Assembly (NCBI RefSeq): GCF_009734345.1
Contig: NZ_CP032551.1
Coordinates: 810,001-842,000 of the forward strand
DNA from: Pseudidiomarina andamanensis
GTDB taxonomy: Bacteria; Pseudomonadota; Gammaproteobacteria; Enterobacterales; Alteromonadaceae
DNA length: 32,000 nucleotides
Direction: 5' to 3'
Position 1 is the first letter of the stretch, and every line of letters begins with the position of its first letter. A program made the position numbers and the translations under genes. Shown here one piece after another: positions 1 to 8,255 of the stretch. The notes below the pieces were generated by a model. It had not been told where the DNA came from, made no database searches, and saw only the letters and a list, made by a program, of their open reading frames with translations.

Positions 1-11
1 CACTTCTAACT

Positions 12-1373
12 ATGTTTCATCGTATTGCTGGTCCTGCCGCCGCTGTTATCTCTTATTTTATGGCTCACTATATTTTCAATATGCCAACTGCAGCTGCGTG
101 GACGCTAGCAACGACGGTTTGGGTTGCTTGGTGGTGGATTACCGAAACCATCTCGCTACCAGCCACTTCCTTATTACCTTTTGTGCTTTTACCTCTAGGC
201 GGTATCGCCAGTGTTAACGAAGTCTCGGCAGCGCTTGGTAACCCAATTATTTTGTTATTTATGGCGGCATTCATGCTCGCCAAAGCCGTTGAGTTATGCG
301 GCGTACATAAGCGAATTGCTTTGAATTTAGTTCGTAAACTTGGCAATAGTAGCGCCCGCCGAATGATCTTTGCCTTTATGATAGCTACTGCGTTTTTATC
401 GATGTGGATCTCAAATACGGCAGCAGTACTTGCTTTATTACCGGTTGCATTAGCGCTCGCTGATGCTAGTCCGGATCACAAATTTCAACGCGCCCTACTA
501 CTCGGGCTGGCTTACTCAGCGTCGGTTGGAGGTATTGCGACACTGATTGGAACCCCACCTAATTTAATTTTTGCATCGGTGTACGAGAGTTATACCGGCA
601 CCAGCTTTGGCTTCATGCGCTGGATGCAAATTGGTCTTCCGCTGGTCATTGTTGGTATTCCAGTGATGGCGTGGTGGCTTACTCGAGGTTTAACCTCTGA
701 AACTCATTTAGAAATAGCAGAAAGCGGATCGGTTCGCAGTGCTGAAAAACGTGTCCTGCTAATATTTGGCGCCGTCATTGTGTTGTGGATGACCCGCACA
801 GCGCCATTCGGGGGCTGGTCGGGGGCTTTGGGGCTTGGCACCATAGGTGATGCCACCGTCGCATTCATGGGCGTACTTGCACTATTTATTTGGCACGATA
901 AAGATGGCATTCCATTATTGGAGTGGCGCGACGCAGTGGCTATTCCATGGGGTATTTTGCTGTTGTTCGCTGGTGGTATCGCCCTGGCGCAAGGTTTCGT
1001 CAGTAGCGGTTTAAGTCAAATTATCGGCCATGGTTTGGTTGGTCTAGCTGGCTTGCCGACATGGCTTTTGGTATTCCTGTTAGCTATTTCGGTTAGCCTA
1101 TTGACTGAAGTGACTTCAAATACCGCCACAGCAACACTACTTATGCCGGTATTAGCGGCAGCTGCCGGTGCACTTGAATTGCCACCAGAACTACTCATGA
1201 TCCCTGCCGCTATAGCATGTAGTTGTGCGTTTTGTCTGCCTGTGGCAACGCCGCCCAACTCAATTGTGTTCGCCTCAGAACGCCTCACCATTAAAATGAT
1301 GGTGCGCGAAGGCATGGTATTGAACGTGATCATGGCGGCACTCACCGCCGCCATTGTGATGGTATTTGTGTAA
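12..1373 (+). CDS. DASS/SLC13-family sodium-coupled anion (carboxylate/sulfate) symporter
   Basis: 453-aa polytopic membrane ORF with the two hairpin Ser-Asn-Thr motifs (WISNTAAVLALLP and EVTSNTATATLLMP) and GTPPN/ATPPN segments typical of the family. ATG at 12, but there is no in-frame stop between nt 3 and 12, so the N-terminus could extend past the window edge. Confidence 0.85.
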   Translation: MFHRIAGPAAAVISYFMAHYIFNMPTAAAWTLATTVWVAWWWITETISLPATSLLPFVLLPLGGIASVNEVSAALGNPIILLFMAAFMLAKAVELCGVHKRIALNLVRKLGNSSARRMIFAFMIATAFLSMWISNTAAVLALLPVALALADASPDHKFQRALLLGLAYSASVGGIATLIGTPPNLIFASVYESYTGTSFGFMRWMQIGLPLVIVGIPVMAWWLTRGLTSETHLEIAESGSVRSAEKRVLLIFGAVIVLWMTRTAPFGGWSGALGLGTIGDATVAFMGVLALFIWHDKDGIPLLEWRDAVAIPWGILLLFAGGIALAQGFVSSGLSQIIGHGLVGLAGLPTWLLVFLLAISVSLLTEVTSNTATATLLMPVLAAAAGALELPPELLMIPAAIACSCAFCLPVATPPNSIVFASERLTIKMMVREGMVLNVIMAALTAAIVMVFV

Positions 1374-1392
1374 CGAGAATTGCTGACTCAAA

Positions 1393-2748
1393 TTAAAAGT
1401 GAATCACGCCCATGTAGTCAGCAATATTGACATCATACGATGTGGTTTGCTTGAGAAAATCTGACATCGCTTCCAACGAATCTGGTTCGCCGTGAACTAA
1501 ATGCACCTGCAAATCTGGCGGCAACGGTGAGCTATGCAGCCAATCACCAATTTCTTGATAGTCGGCGTGGCCCGATAAGCCATCGAGACGGCGAATACGC
1601 GCTTTCACCGGCAACCACTCGCCATGTACTTTGATGCGCTCAACGCCCTGCTCCATTTTCGCGCCTCGGGTTCCCCCAGCTTGGTGTCCAGAAAACAGGA
1701 CGGTTGCACGATGGTCACCTAACCAGTGCTTAAAATGATGCAATATTCGACCACCAGTGGCCATGCCACTGCCAGCAATAATGATATGTGGGCCATGTTG
1801 CTTGGCAATTGCTTTTGAATCTTCCACATGTGGCGTGTAAATCACCTGCTGCTCCGCAGCTTGGCATTGCTCAGCGCTGAGTCTATGAAATTGATGATAG
1901 TCGCCATAAATATCTGAGGCTTTAATTGCCATTGGGCTATCAAGGAAAATGGGCATGCGCGGTATTTTTCGCTGGGCCATTAATGTCACTAACATGTGTT
2001 GCAGTAATTGAGCTCGCCCCACCGCAAAACTTGGGATAAGCAATACACCACCACTCGAGGCGGTTTCATTCACCACATCAGCCAGTTGTTGCCACGGGTC
2101 ATCTGTCTCATGACGACGATCGCCATAGGTTGATTCAACCAACAGAATATCTACTGCCGGCATTGGCTCTGGCGGTTTCATTAAAATGTCGTGGGAGCGG
2201 CCGATATCACCGCTAAAACCAATGCGTTTGCCTTTGTGTTCGGCAACAATACTGGCAGCACCCAAAATATGTCCCACTGGATGCAATGAAAACTCGATAT
2301 CGCCAACGGAAAACTGTTGTTTGAAGTCAATGGGTTGCAGAAGCTTTAACGCAGCTTCAGCCGTCGCTTCGTCATATAGTGGCTCGGGATTTTCATGGCG
2401 ACTGAGCTTGTGTCGGCCATAAAACTTTGCGTCCTCTTCCTGAATTTTGCCACTATCAGGCCACAACAACCCACATAACCTTGCCGTAGCATGATGGGTA
2501 AAAACAGGTCCGCGATAGCCATGCTTGTAAAGCACCGGAATGAACCCTGAATGATCAAGGTGCGCATGAGTAAGAACAATGGCATCCACATTTTGAATAC
2601 CTAGCGGTAATGGTTGCCAATTGCGTCGGCGCAGCCACTTGTAGCCTTGGAACATCCCGCAATCGACCAGTACTCGTGTGGTGTCTGTTTCAAGTAGATA
2701 TTTAGAACCAGTAACCGTTTCACAACCGCCTAGAAAGGTTAAATGCAT
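1393..2748 (-). CDS. MBL-fold beta-CASP family hydrolase (RNA-specificity-domain type nuclease)
   Basis: HAHLDHSG (HxHxDH), ESTYG (beta-CASP motif A) and SGHAD (motif C) are all present. I place the start at ATG 2748, which has AAGGAG 6 nt upstream. The track ORF's 17 extra codons start at a TTG with no SD. Confidence 0.85.
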   Translation of the reverse strand: MHLTFLGGCETVTGSKYLLETDTTRVLVDCGMFQGYKWLRRRNWQPLPLGIQNVDAIVLTHAHLDHSGFIPVLYKHGYRGPVFTHHATARLCGLLWPDSGKIQEEDAKFYGRHKLSRHENPEPLYDEATAEAALKLLQPIDFKQQFSVGDIEFSLHPVGHILGAASIVAEHKGKRIGFSGDIGRSHDILMKPPEPMPAVDILLVESTYGDRRHETDDPWQQLADVVNETASSGGVLLIPSFAVGRAQLLQHMLVTLMAQRKIPRMPIFLDSPMAIKASDIYGDYHQFHRLSAEQCQAAEQQVIYTPHVEDSKAIAKQHGPHIIIAGSGMATGGRILHHFKHWLGDHRATVLFSGHQAGGTRGAKMEQGVERIKVHGEWLPVKARIRRLDGLSGHADYQEIGDWLHSSPLPPDLQVHLVHGEPDSLEAMSDFLKQTTSYDVNIADYMGVIHF

Positions 2749-2786
2749 AGACGACTCCTTGTTTGCTGGCCTTGAAGTTATAGCGA

Positions 2787-4253
2787 CTAAAGTAACCAAT
2801 CAATGGGCAATAATGCCAGCGTTCTCATGCCTAACCGACGCCACCACGATACGCCAGGCTCAGAGCGATAGCGAGTTATTCGTGGACCTAACCGCTCTTC
2901 CCAATAAAGTTTACCCTGTTCATCAAGGTCAACGCGATACGCATAATTAGGTACTGTTTGTTGGAAAGCTTGGTCGATTTTCTGCGCCAACGCTGAACTA
3001 TAAATGATAAAACCAAGTTCAGTATTAAGCTCAATTGAGCGGGGGTCAAAGTTAAATGATCCCAAAAAAACGCGTTCCTTATCCACACTAAAGGTTTTGG
3101 CATGTAAACTGGATGCCGAACTACCGAATCGTTCCTTCCCCTTTAAGCGCTGCCGTCGTAGCTTACGTTCTTGTTTACGTGCTAGCGGCGATACCTTCTG
3201 CACTTCATAAAGCTTTATACCTGCGCTTATTAATGCCTTACGCCATTTGGCATAACCTGCATGAACAACAGCCACATCAGTTGCTTCCAACGAATTGGTC
3301 AAAATTGTGATATCGACACCCGACGCCGCTAATTCAGTCAACAGTGCGACACCGGTTTTCGTCGGGACAAAATACGGCGATACCAGTTTGACGCATTGTT
3401 CAGGATGACCTATCGCTTGCTGCAGTTGATATGCTAGCAAGTGTTGCTGTTGCGCAAGCCCTAAGGTTTTAGTCGGGCTATCCGACATCAAGGTGACTTT
3501 CGCCCATACAAACTCTAATTTCTGAGTTAAAAAATCCTGCACAAATGGTAATTTACGAATAGCCTCAATATAGTGGCGCGCGCTCGGGTCTGCTTCAATC
3601 ACGCTCGCGCGTTGCTCCAATGTGGTTAAACTTTGCGGCTTAGTTAGTGTAAACAGCTGGGAAAGCGGCACCGCTGAGGCACTATTCCAATATTTCTCAA
3701 ATTCCGATTGCGCCTGTTGCACTACTGGACCAATCATCAAAGCATCAAGATCTGCAAAAATCACATCGTCATGAGCACCAAAATATTCATCACCAATATT
3801 ACGCCCGCCACTGATGAGCACTTGTTGGTCAGCGATTAAGGCCTTGTTATGCATGCGGCGATTAACTCGCGCAAAATCAAATAGGTAATTTAAAAATCGG
3901 GGCCGGCGAAGTTTCAGGGGATTATAAAGACGGATATCAATATTTGGATGGCTCTGCAGACCTATCAATACCGCATCTAAGTCGGCGGTATTATGGTCAT
4001 CAAGCAATAAACGGATCGTCACGCCGCGTTCTGCCGCTTCATGTAAGGCTTCAAACATTAACGTACCAGTACGGTCGTTACGCCAAATATAGTATTGAAT
4101 ATCAAGAGTATATTGCGCATGGCGCGCTAATACGACTCGCGCCGCAAACGCTTCGCGAGCGTTGATTAAAGGCACCACCCCGCTTTGATCAGGATGCTCT
4201 GCTAGTAATGGATTAATCGCATCAGAAAATCGGCCTTCAGGCACTTGGGTCAT
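2787..4253 (-). CDS. Phospholipase D family protein with two HKD motifs (ClsC/YmdC-like cardiolipin-synthase-type)
   Basis: Two HxKxxxxD motifs (HNKALIAD and HAKTFSVD). The N-terminal region resembles my memory of E. coli ClsC (YYIW..D..G, LLLDD.NT). The ATG overlaps the stop of the upstream small ORF (ATGA). Confidence 0.85.
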   Translation of the reverse strand: MTQVPEGRFSDAINPLLAEHPDQSGVVPLINAREAFAARVVLARHAQYTLDIQYYIWRNDRTGTLMFEALHEAAERGVTIRLLLDDHNTADLDAVLIGLQSHPNIDIRLYNPLKLRRPRFLNYLFDFARVNRRMHNKALIADQQVLISGGRNIGDEYFGAHDDVIFADLDALMIGPVVQQAQSEFEKYWNSASAVPLSQLFTLTKPQSLTTLEQRASVIEADPSARHYIEAIRKLPFVQDFLTQKLEFVWAKVTLMSDSPTKTLGLAQQQHLLAYQLQQAIGHPEQCVKLVSPYFVPTKTGVALLTELAASGVDITILTNSLEATDVAVVHAGYAKWRKALISAGIKLYEVQKVSPLARKQERKLRRQRLKGKERFGSSASSLHAKTFSVDKERVFLGSFNFDPRSIELNTELGFIIYSSALAQKIDQAFQQTVPNYAYRVDLDEQGKLYWEERLGPRITRYRSEPGVSWWRRLGMRTLALLPIDWLL

Positions 4254-4486
4254 GATTTATCAGTAGCGTCCTTGTCTTTGTCATCAACAGCCTCGTTCGT
4301 TTCGGTTAAATCGTCATCGGGACTAAGTGTCCCGACGCACAAACGACAATCACCTGTCTCACTGAGCGAGCTCTCGACATAGCGTAACTTGTGCCGTGAT
4401 CGGCCGCGGTTTGCGGAAATTTGAAACATGCGCTCACGCTCTTGTTCCGTCTGCTTCTCTTCCGTTTTATCAGCTTTGTCACTCAT
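4250..4486 (-). CDS. Hypothetical small, highly charged/acidic protein (78 aa)
   Basis: ATG at 4486 has GGAGG 6 nt upstream. The start overlaps the hemH stop (ATGAGTGA) and the stop overlaps the PLD start (ATGA). No competing ORF on the other strand. No family recognised. Confidence 0.55.
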   Translation of the reverse strand: MSDKADKTEEKQTEQERERMFQISANRGRSRHKLRYVESSLSETGDCRLCVGTLSPDDDLTETNEAVDDKDKDATDKS

Positions 4487-5561
4487 GTTTCGCCTCCAAT
4501 GTCTTGGCGCGTTCAGCGCGTTGCGCTTCATCGTGAGTTAGTTGCCAGCCGTGTAGCTGTTTATCGATAATATCGGCTAAAGCATCAATATGAGCAGGCT
4601 GTGCGTTTAATGCCGGAATATAAGCATAGTCTTTCCCACCTGCTTCCATGAAATACTCGCGGTTTTCTTCGCCAATTTCTTCAATGGTTTCTAGACAATC
4701 GGCGCTAAACCCTGGGCAGACCACATGAATACGCTTAATTCCCTGTTCAGGTAATGCTTTTAAAGTAGCATCGGTATAAGGTTGTAGCCACTCTTCGCGA
4801 CCAAACCGTGATTGAAACGTAGTCATATATTCATGTTTTTCAAGGCCTAACTGCTCGGCTATTAAGCGTGACGTTTTATGACACTCACAGTGATATGGGT
4901 CGCCTTCATGCAGATACCGAAGCGGTACACCGTGATAACTTAAAATGAGCTTCTCTGGCTTACCATGGGTTTCCCAGAATTTTTTAATGCTGTCGACAAC
5001 TGCAGTAATATACTTTGGCTCATCGTGATAATGTCCAACAAAACGAAAATCAGGTAACCAACGGCGTTTATTGAAGTCTTGGCTGATTGCATCAAACGTC
5101 GACCCCGTCGTTGCTGCTGAATACTGTGGGTAAAGCGGCAATACCACGAGTTTACGCGCACCAGCATCAAACAATTTTTGTAAACCTGAAGCAATCGATG
5201 GATTACCGTAGCGCATCGCATATTCAACCACCACATCGTCACCATAACGCTCAGCTAATTTTTCCTGTAACGCCTGATGCTGATCTTGAGTGTGGAACAG
5301 AAGTGGCGAGCCGCGTTCTGTCCATACAGTTTTGTACGCAGCTGCTGAGCGACGCGGGCGAATTCGTAAAATCACCCCATTTAAAATCAACCACCACAGT
5401 AACCGCGGTACTTCAACCACTCTCGGGTCAGACAGAAACTCACGTAAGTAACGGCGTAACGCTGGTGTCGTCGGCTCATCGGGAGTACCAAGGTTGGTAA
5501 TGAGTACGCCAATTTTATCGGTTTGTACATGACTAAACTTAGGGCTACCTTGAAAACGCAT
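4479..5561 (-). CDS. hemH: Ferrochelatase
   Basis: Strong similarity to E. coli HemH from the N-terminus on (GVLITNLGTPD, RRYLREFLSDPRVVE, LLWW). GGGAG lies 7 nt upstream of the ATG. Confidence 0.95.
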   Translation of the reverse strand: MRFQGSPKFSHVQTDKIGVLITNLGTPDEPTTPALRRYLREFLSDPRVVEVPRLLWWLILNGVILRIRPRRSAAAYKTVWTERGSPLLFHTQDQHQALQEKLAERYGDDVVVEYAMRYGNPSIASGLQKLFDAGARKLVVLPLYPQYSAATTGSTFDAISQDFNKRRWLPDFRFVGHYHDEPKYITAVVDSIKKFWETHGKPEKLILSYHGVPLRYLHEGDPYHCECHKTSRLIAEQLGLEKHEYMTTFQSRFGREEWLQPYTDATLKALPEQGIKRIHVVCPGFSADCLETIEEIGEENREYFMEAGGKDYAYIPALNAQPAHIDALADIIDKQLHGWQLTHDEAQRAERAKTLEAKHE

Positions 5562-5573
5562 ACTGCTACTCCC

Positions 5574-5597
5574 TTATGTCCACAATTATGTCCACAA
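5574..5597. repeat. Perfect 12-bp tandem duplication (TTATGTCCACAA x2) spanning the patatin-gene stop codon
   Basis: 5574-5585 and 5586-5597 are identical. On the minus strand each copy reads TTG TGG ACA TAA (L W T stop). Confidence 0.95.
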
Positions 5598-6653
5598 TTG
5601 AATTTTTTGACGAATTTCACCGGATTCAATCCATTCACGCAACTGATCAGCCATGCGCTGACTGTGATCCACAGCCTGTTGCCAATACTTGAAACGATCT
5701 TCGACACTTAGCTTGGCGAAATCGGTGCGATCCGGAATTTTGCCATACGGTAATGACGCAATAAATTCGGGCGACGGTGACATAAGGATCACATTTGGCC
5801 ACTGTTTTCCGCGAGTACGGCGCCACTTCAAACTTTTATCAAACCACCCTGGTACTACTTGGTGGTAAAAGTGCGGGTACAGGACTAAACCATTCACCGC
5901 ACTCAGATCGAGATCGAAATGATAATCGGTGATGCCGCCATCGCGATACATGCCAGGCGGTGCACCAGCAATGTCGGTAACCCCTTCCAGAACCATAGGT
6001 ATAGAGCCCGTTGCTAACAGTGCTTGTTTAAAATTATCTGTGCTCAGCGGCACCGTGTAAGTCGGAATATCTTGCCAACCTTTCGCAAAATCAACCGTTG
6101 ATTGTGGATGGTGCATAATCACGCGGTCATAAAAACGCCCCAAATGACGACGGCTCATGGCATTGGCAGCCGCAGAACCTAATAGGCCAGCAATTTGACG
6201 ACGGCCATTTTTACCAGTCAAGCCGCGACACCGCGTGACTATCCAATGATGTCGGTATTTATCTTGTTGCAACACATCGTTCACTGCGGAATCTGGAACA
6301 TATTCATGTAGCAACTTGATGGCTTCATCGGTGATTTCTCGCACATCTGGTTTCGCGCTATAGGTTTGTTGGCGATACAACTGACAAAATAAATCACTTG
6401 CCGCAACCGGATCAGCCTGACCAAGACTGGCAAACCGCCAGGCCCCAGCTGAAGTACCGAGCATATCAAGCGGTTTGGTGCGTTGTTCAAAAAATTCGCC
6501 GAACAAATACCGATCAATGCCTTGCAAAACAAACCACTTAGGGCCACCAGAAGCGCCAAGCAATAAACCAATATCATCTGCGTTGAGGCCGTTATCCTGA
6601 ATCTGCAGCCAAGCGTCGCGCCCCGCCTTAATGGTTAACCAATCGGTGGTCAT
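5586..6653 (-). CDS. Patatin-like phospholipase family protein
   Basis: Oxyanion-hole GASGGPKW, nucleophile elbow GTSAGA (GxSxG) and a catalytic Asp in a DGG context (YRDGGITDY). Confidence 0.85.
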   Translation of the reverse strand: MTTDWLTIKAGRDAWLQIQDNGLNADDIGLLLGASGGPKWFVLQGIDRYLFGEFFEQRTKPLDMLGTSAGAWRFASLGQADPVAASDLFCQLYRQQTYSAKPDVREITDEAIKLLHEYVPDSAVNDVLQQDKYRHHWIVTRCRGLTGKNGRRQIAGLLGSAAANAMSRRHLGRFYDRVIMHHPQSTVDFAKGWQDIPTYTVPLSTDNFKQALLATGSIPMVLEGVTDIAGAPPGMYRDGGITDYHFDLDLSAVNGLVLYPHFYHQVVPGWFDKSLKWRRTRGKQWPNVILMSPSPEFIASLPYGKIPDRTDFAKLSVEDRFKYWQQAVDHSQRMADQLREWIESGEIRQKIQLWT

Positions 6654-6819
6654 GTTCTTCGTATTCCTTGCTTGTACAACGTGTTATATGGCCTGAGTAT
6701 ATCGAAAAAGCGCGCATTAAACAGCTATTGTCGCCTCGATTAAGGCAATCTGATATGCTTGCCGCACTTACCGAGTTTCCTTTGTTAATATTGACCTAAA
6801 CGCATTCAAGAGAGAAAAA

Positions 6820-7629
6820 ATGAAAGTCATTTCATTCAACATTAATGGTATTCGCGCTCGCTTACATCAGCTGGAAGCGCTCATTAAGAAACATCAACCT
6901 GATGTGATTGGATTACAAGAAACCAAAGTTCACGACGAACAGTTTCCGCTCGCAGATGTTGAATCAATGGGCTACCACGTCATTTATCATGGTCAAAAAG
7001 GCCATTATGGCGTGGCATTGTTGAGTAAAAAGCCTTTAGAGAATCCAACGTTTGGTTTTCCGAACGACGGTGAAGAAGCACAGCGCCGCATGATTATGGG
7101 TGACTACGTTACCGATAGCGGCGAGCGCGTTCGGGTATTGAACGGCTATTTCCCGCAAGGCGAAAGCCGCGACCACCCACTTAAATTCCCAGCCAAAGAA
7201 AAGTTCTATGCGGATTTAATGGACTACTTGAATAACGAGCTCGATAGTGAACAGTCGGTTGTGGTGATGGGCGATATGAACATTTCACACCAAGATTGTG
7301 ACATTGGAATTGGTGATGACAATGCGAAGCGCTGGTTACGCACCGGCAAATGTAGCTTCCTACCAGAAGAGCGCGTATGGCTAAACACCCTACTCGATTG
7401 GGGATTAATTGACACCTATCGTCAACAACACCCCGATGTGACCGATCAATATAGCTGGTTCGATTATCGTTCACGCGGCTTCGACGATAACCGTGGTCTG
7501 CGTATCGATCTTATCTTGGCAACGCAAAAACTCGCAGCAGTTTGTCAGGAAACTGGAATTGACTACGAACTACGTGGCATCGAGAAACCGTCTGATCATG
7601 CGCCAATTTGGAGTTCGTTCTCGATTTAA
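6820..7629 (+). CDS. xthA: Exodeoxyribonuclease III
   Basis: 269 aa. N-terminus [24 protein letters not shown] and C-terminal PSDHAPIW are typical of the ExoIII/AP endonuclease family. Confidence 0.95.
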   Translation: MKVISFNINGIRARLHQLEALIKKHQPDVIGLQETKVHDEQFPLADVESMGYHVIYHGQKGHYGVALLSKKPLENPTFGFPNDGEEAQRRMIMGDYVTDSGERVRVLNGYFPQGESRDHPLKFPAKEKFYADLMDYLNNELDSEQSVVVMGDMNISHQDCDIGIGDDNAKRWLRTGKCSFLPEERVWLNTLLDWGLIDTYRQQHPDVTDQYSWFDYRSRGFDDNRGLRIDLILATQKLAAVCQETGIDYELRGIEKPSDHAPIWSSFSI

Positions 7630-7636
7630 TATTTAA

Positions 7637-7666
7637 TACCGCCAGACTAATGCTCGTCTGGCGGTA
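7637..7666. terminator. Candidate bidirectional stem-loop terminator between convergent xthA and yfbV
   Basis: 11-bp perfect stem (TACCGCCAGAC / GTCTGGCGGTA) with an 8-nt loop, starting 8 nt after the xthA stop. It overlaps the last codons and stop of yfbV. Flanks are A/T-rich but lack clean U-tracts. Confidence 0.55.
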
Positions 7667-8054
7667 ATTCTTGTAGTGCTTTTCTTAAGATCTTCGCTAG
7701 ATGCATATAAGTAGGCTGTGCCTGCGGTTGTACCTTCAATTTTTTCGCCAAATCACCATACCAATGCTTCAACCGTGGATCTAACTTCGTATTTGCCCTG
7801 CGCCCCAGCCAATACCAACCTTGAAACGGCAACGATAATAAAAATAACGATGTGACCAACGCCTGCGGCACCAACATTTGCCCTTGCCACTGCCATTGCA
7901 CCGCAAGATTAATCACTGCCAGAGCTGGCATCCATCGTGCCGCGAATTTCACTGCGGGCACCACTCGGCTCTCGGTCATCGCCGCAACAACGGCATGTCG
8001 AGGCCAAATGCTGGCGTAGTGTTGACCGTCTTTCATTAATTTAAATAAATTCAT
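7647..8054 (-). CDS. yfbV: UPF0208/DUF412 inner-membrane protein YfbV
   Basis: Matches the remembered E. coli YfbV pattern (GQHY..WP, R.MP..AV, LSLP.QG..WLG.R). No SD is visible upstream of the ATG. Confidence 0.8.
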   Translation of the reverse strand: MNLFKLMKDGQHYASIWPRHAVVAAMTESRVVPAVKFAARWMPALAVINLAVQWQWQGQMLVPQALVTSLFLLSLPFQGWYWLGRRANTKLDPRLKHWYGDLAKKLKVQPQAQPTYMHLAKILRKALQELPPDEH

Positions 8055-8059
8055 AAGAG

Positions 8060-8141
8060 CGTTAATCGTTAATCGTTAATCGTTGTAGTGTGTCTGTTTT
8101 TTCGAATAACGACAAGCGCAGCGATCGAATAACGAATAACG
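8060..8141. repeat. Two heptamer-repeat arrays in inverted orientation: (CGTTAAT)x3 at 8060-8084, and CGAATAA at 8103, 8126 and 8133
   Basis: Read directly. 8067-8082 CGTTAATCGTTAATCG matches the reverse complement of 8126-8141 (CGTTATTCGTTATTCG) at 14 of 16 positions. T-runs lie at 8097-8102 and 8143-8147, and a GATC at 8123-8126. Confidence 0.9.
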
Positions 8142-8232
8142 GTTTTTCTAGCCAACTGTACGGAATTCAATCACCACACCAATTCCTTTATATTCATGCA
8201 CTTACAAACTTCAATGCAGCTAACTCACAGAG

Positions 8233-8255
8233 TTATCCACATAAATTGTGGAGAA
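8233..8255. promoter_or_regulatory. Exact DnaA box TTATCCACA plus an inverted near-box (TTCTCCACA on the minus strand), 5 nt apart
   Basis: 8233-8241 is TTATCCACA. The reverse complement of 8247-8255 is TTCTCCACA. TCCACA-N5-TGTGGA is a perfect 6-bp inverted repeat. Function is inferred only. Confidence 0.4.

Noticed and set aside
1824-1833. Perfect 10-bp palindrome CCACATGTGG inside the beta-CASP gene.
   Set aside because: It is short, lies inside a well-supported CDS, has no partner sites, and is expected by chance at this scale.
3064-3070. A7 homopolymer (T7 on the coding strand) inside the PLD gene as a possible phase-variation tract.
   Set aside because: It encodes V-F-L in a conserved stretch. 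Seven nt is short for slipped-strand switching, and the frame is intact.
3079-3087. Third exact DnaA box TTATCCACA, inside the PLD gene.
   Set aside because: On the coding strand it is GTG GAT AAG, encoding V-D-K of the second HKD motif (HAKTFSVDK). The sequence is explained by a conserved catalytic motif, and there are no neighbouring boxes.
5087-5500. 137-aa plus-strand ORF inside hemH.
   Set aside because: It is antisense to a clearly conserved ferrochelatase frame. It has no SD and low-complexity, basic, shadow-ORF composition.
1393-6653. Reading patatin + PLD + MBL as a bona fide anti-phage defence operon.
   Set aside because: hemH is embedded in the string. There is no sensing/signalling partner (cyclase, NTPase, TIR, Argonaute and the like). 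Flanks are core genes, and I can see no compositional break by eye. It is kept as a lower-probability alternative in the corresponding finding.
7457-7465. GGTTCGATT, a tRNA T-loop-like motif.
   Set aside because: It lies in the middle of the xthA coding frame, with no acceptor or anticodon stems around it.
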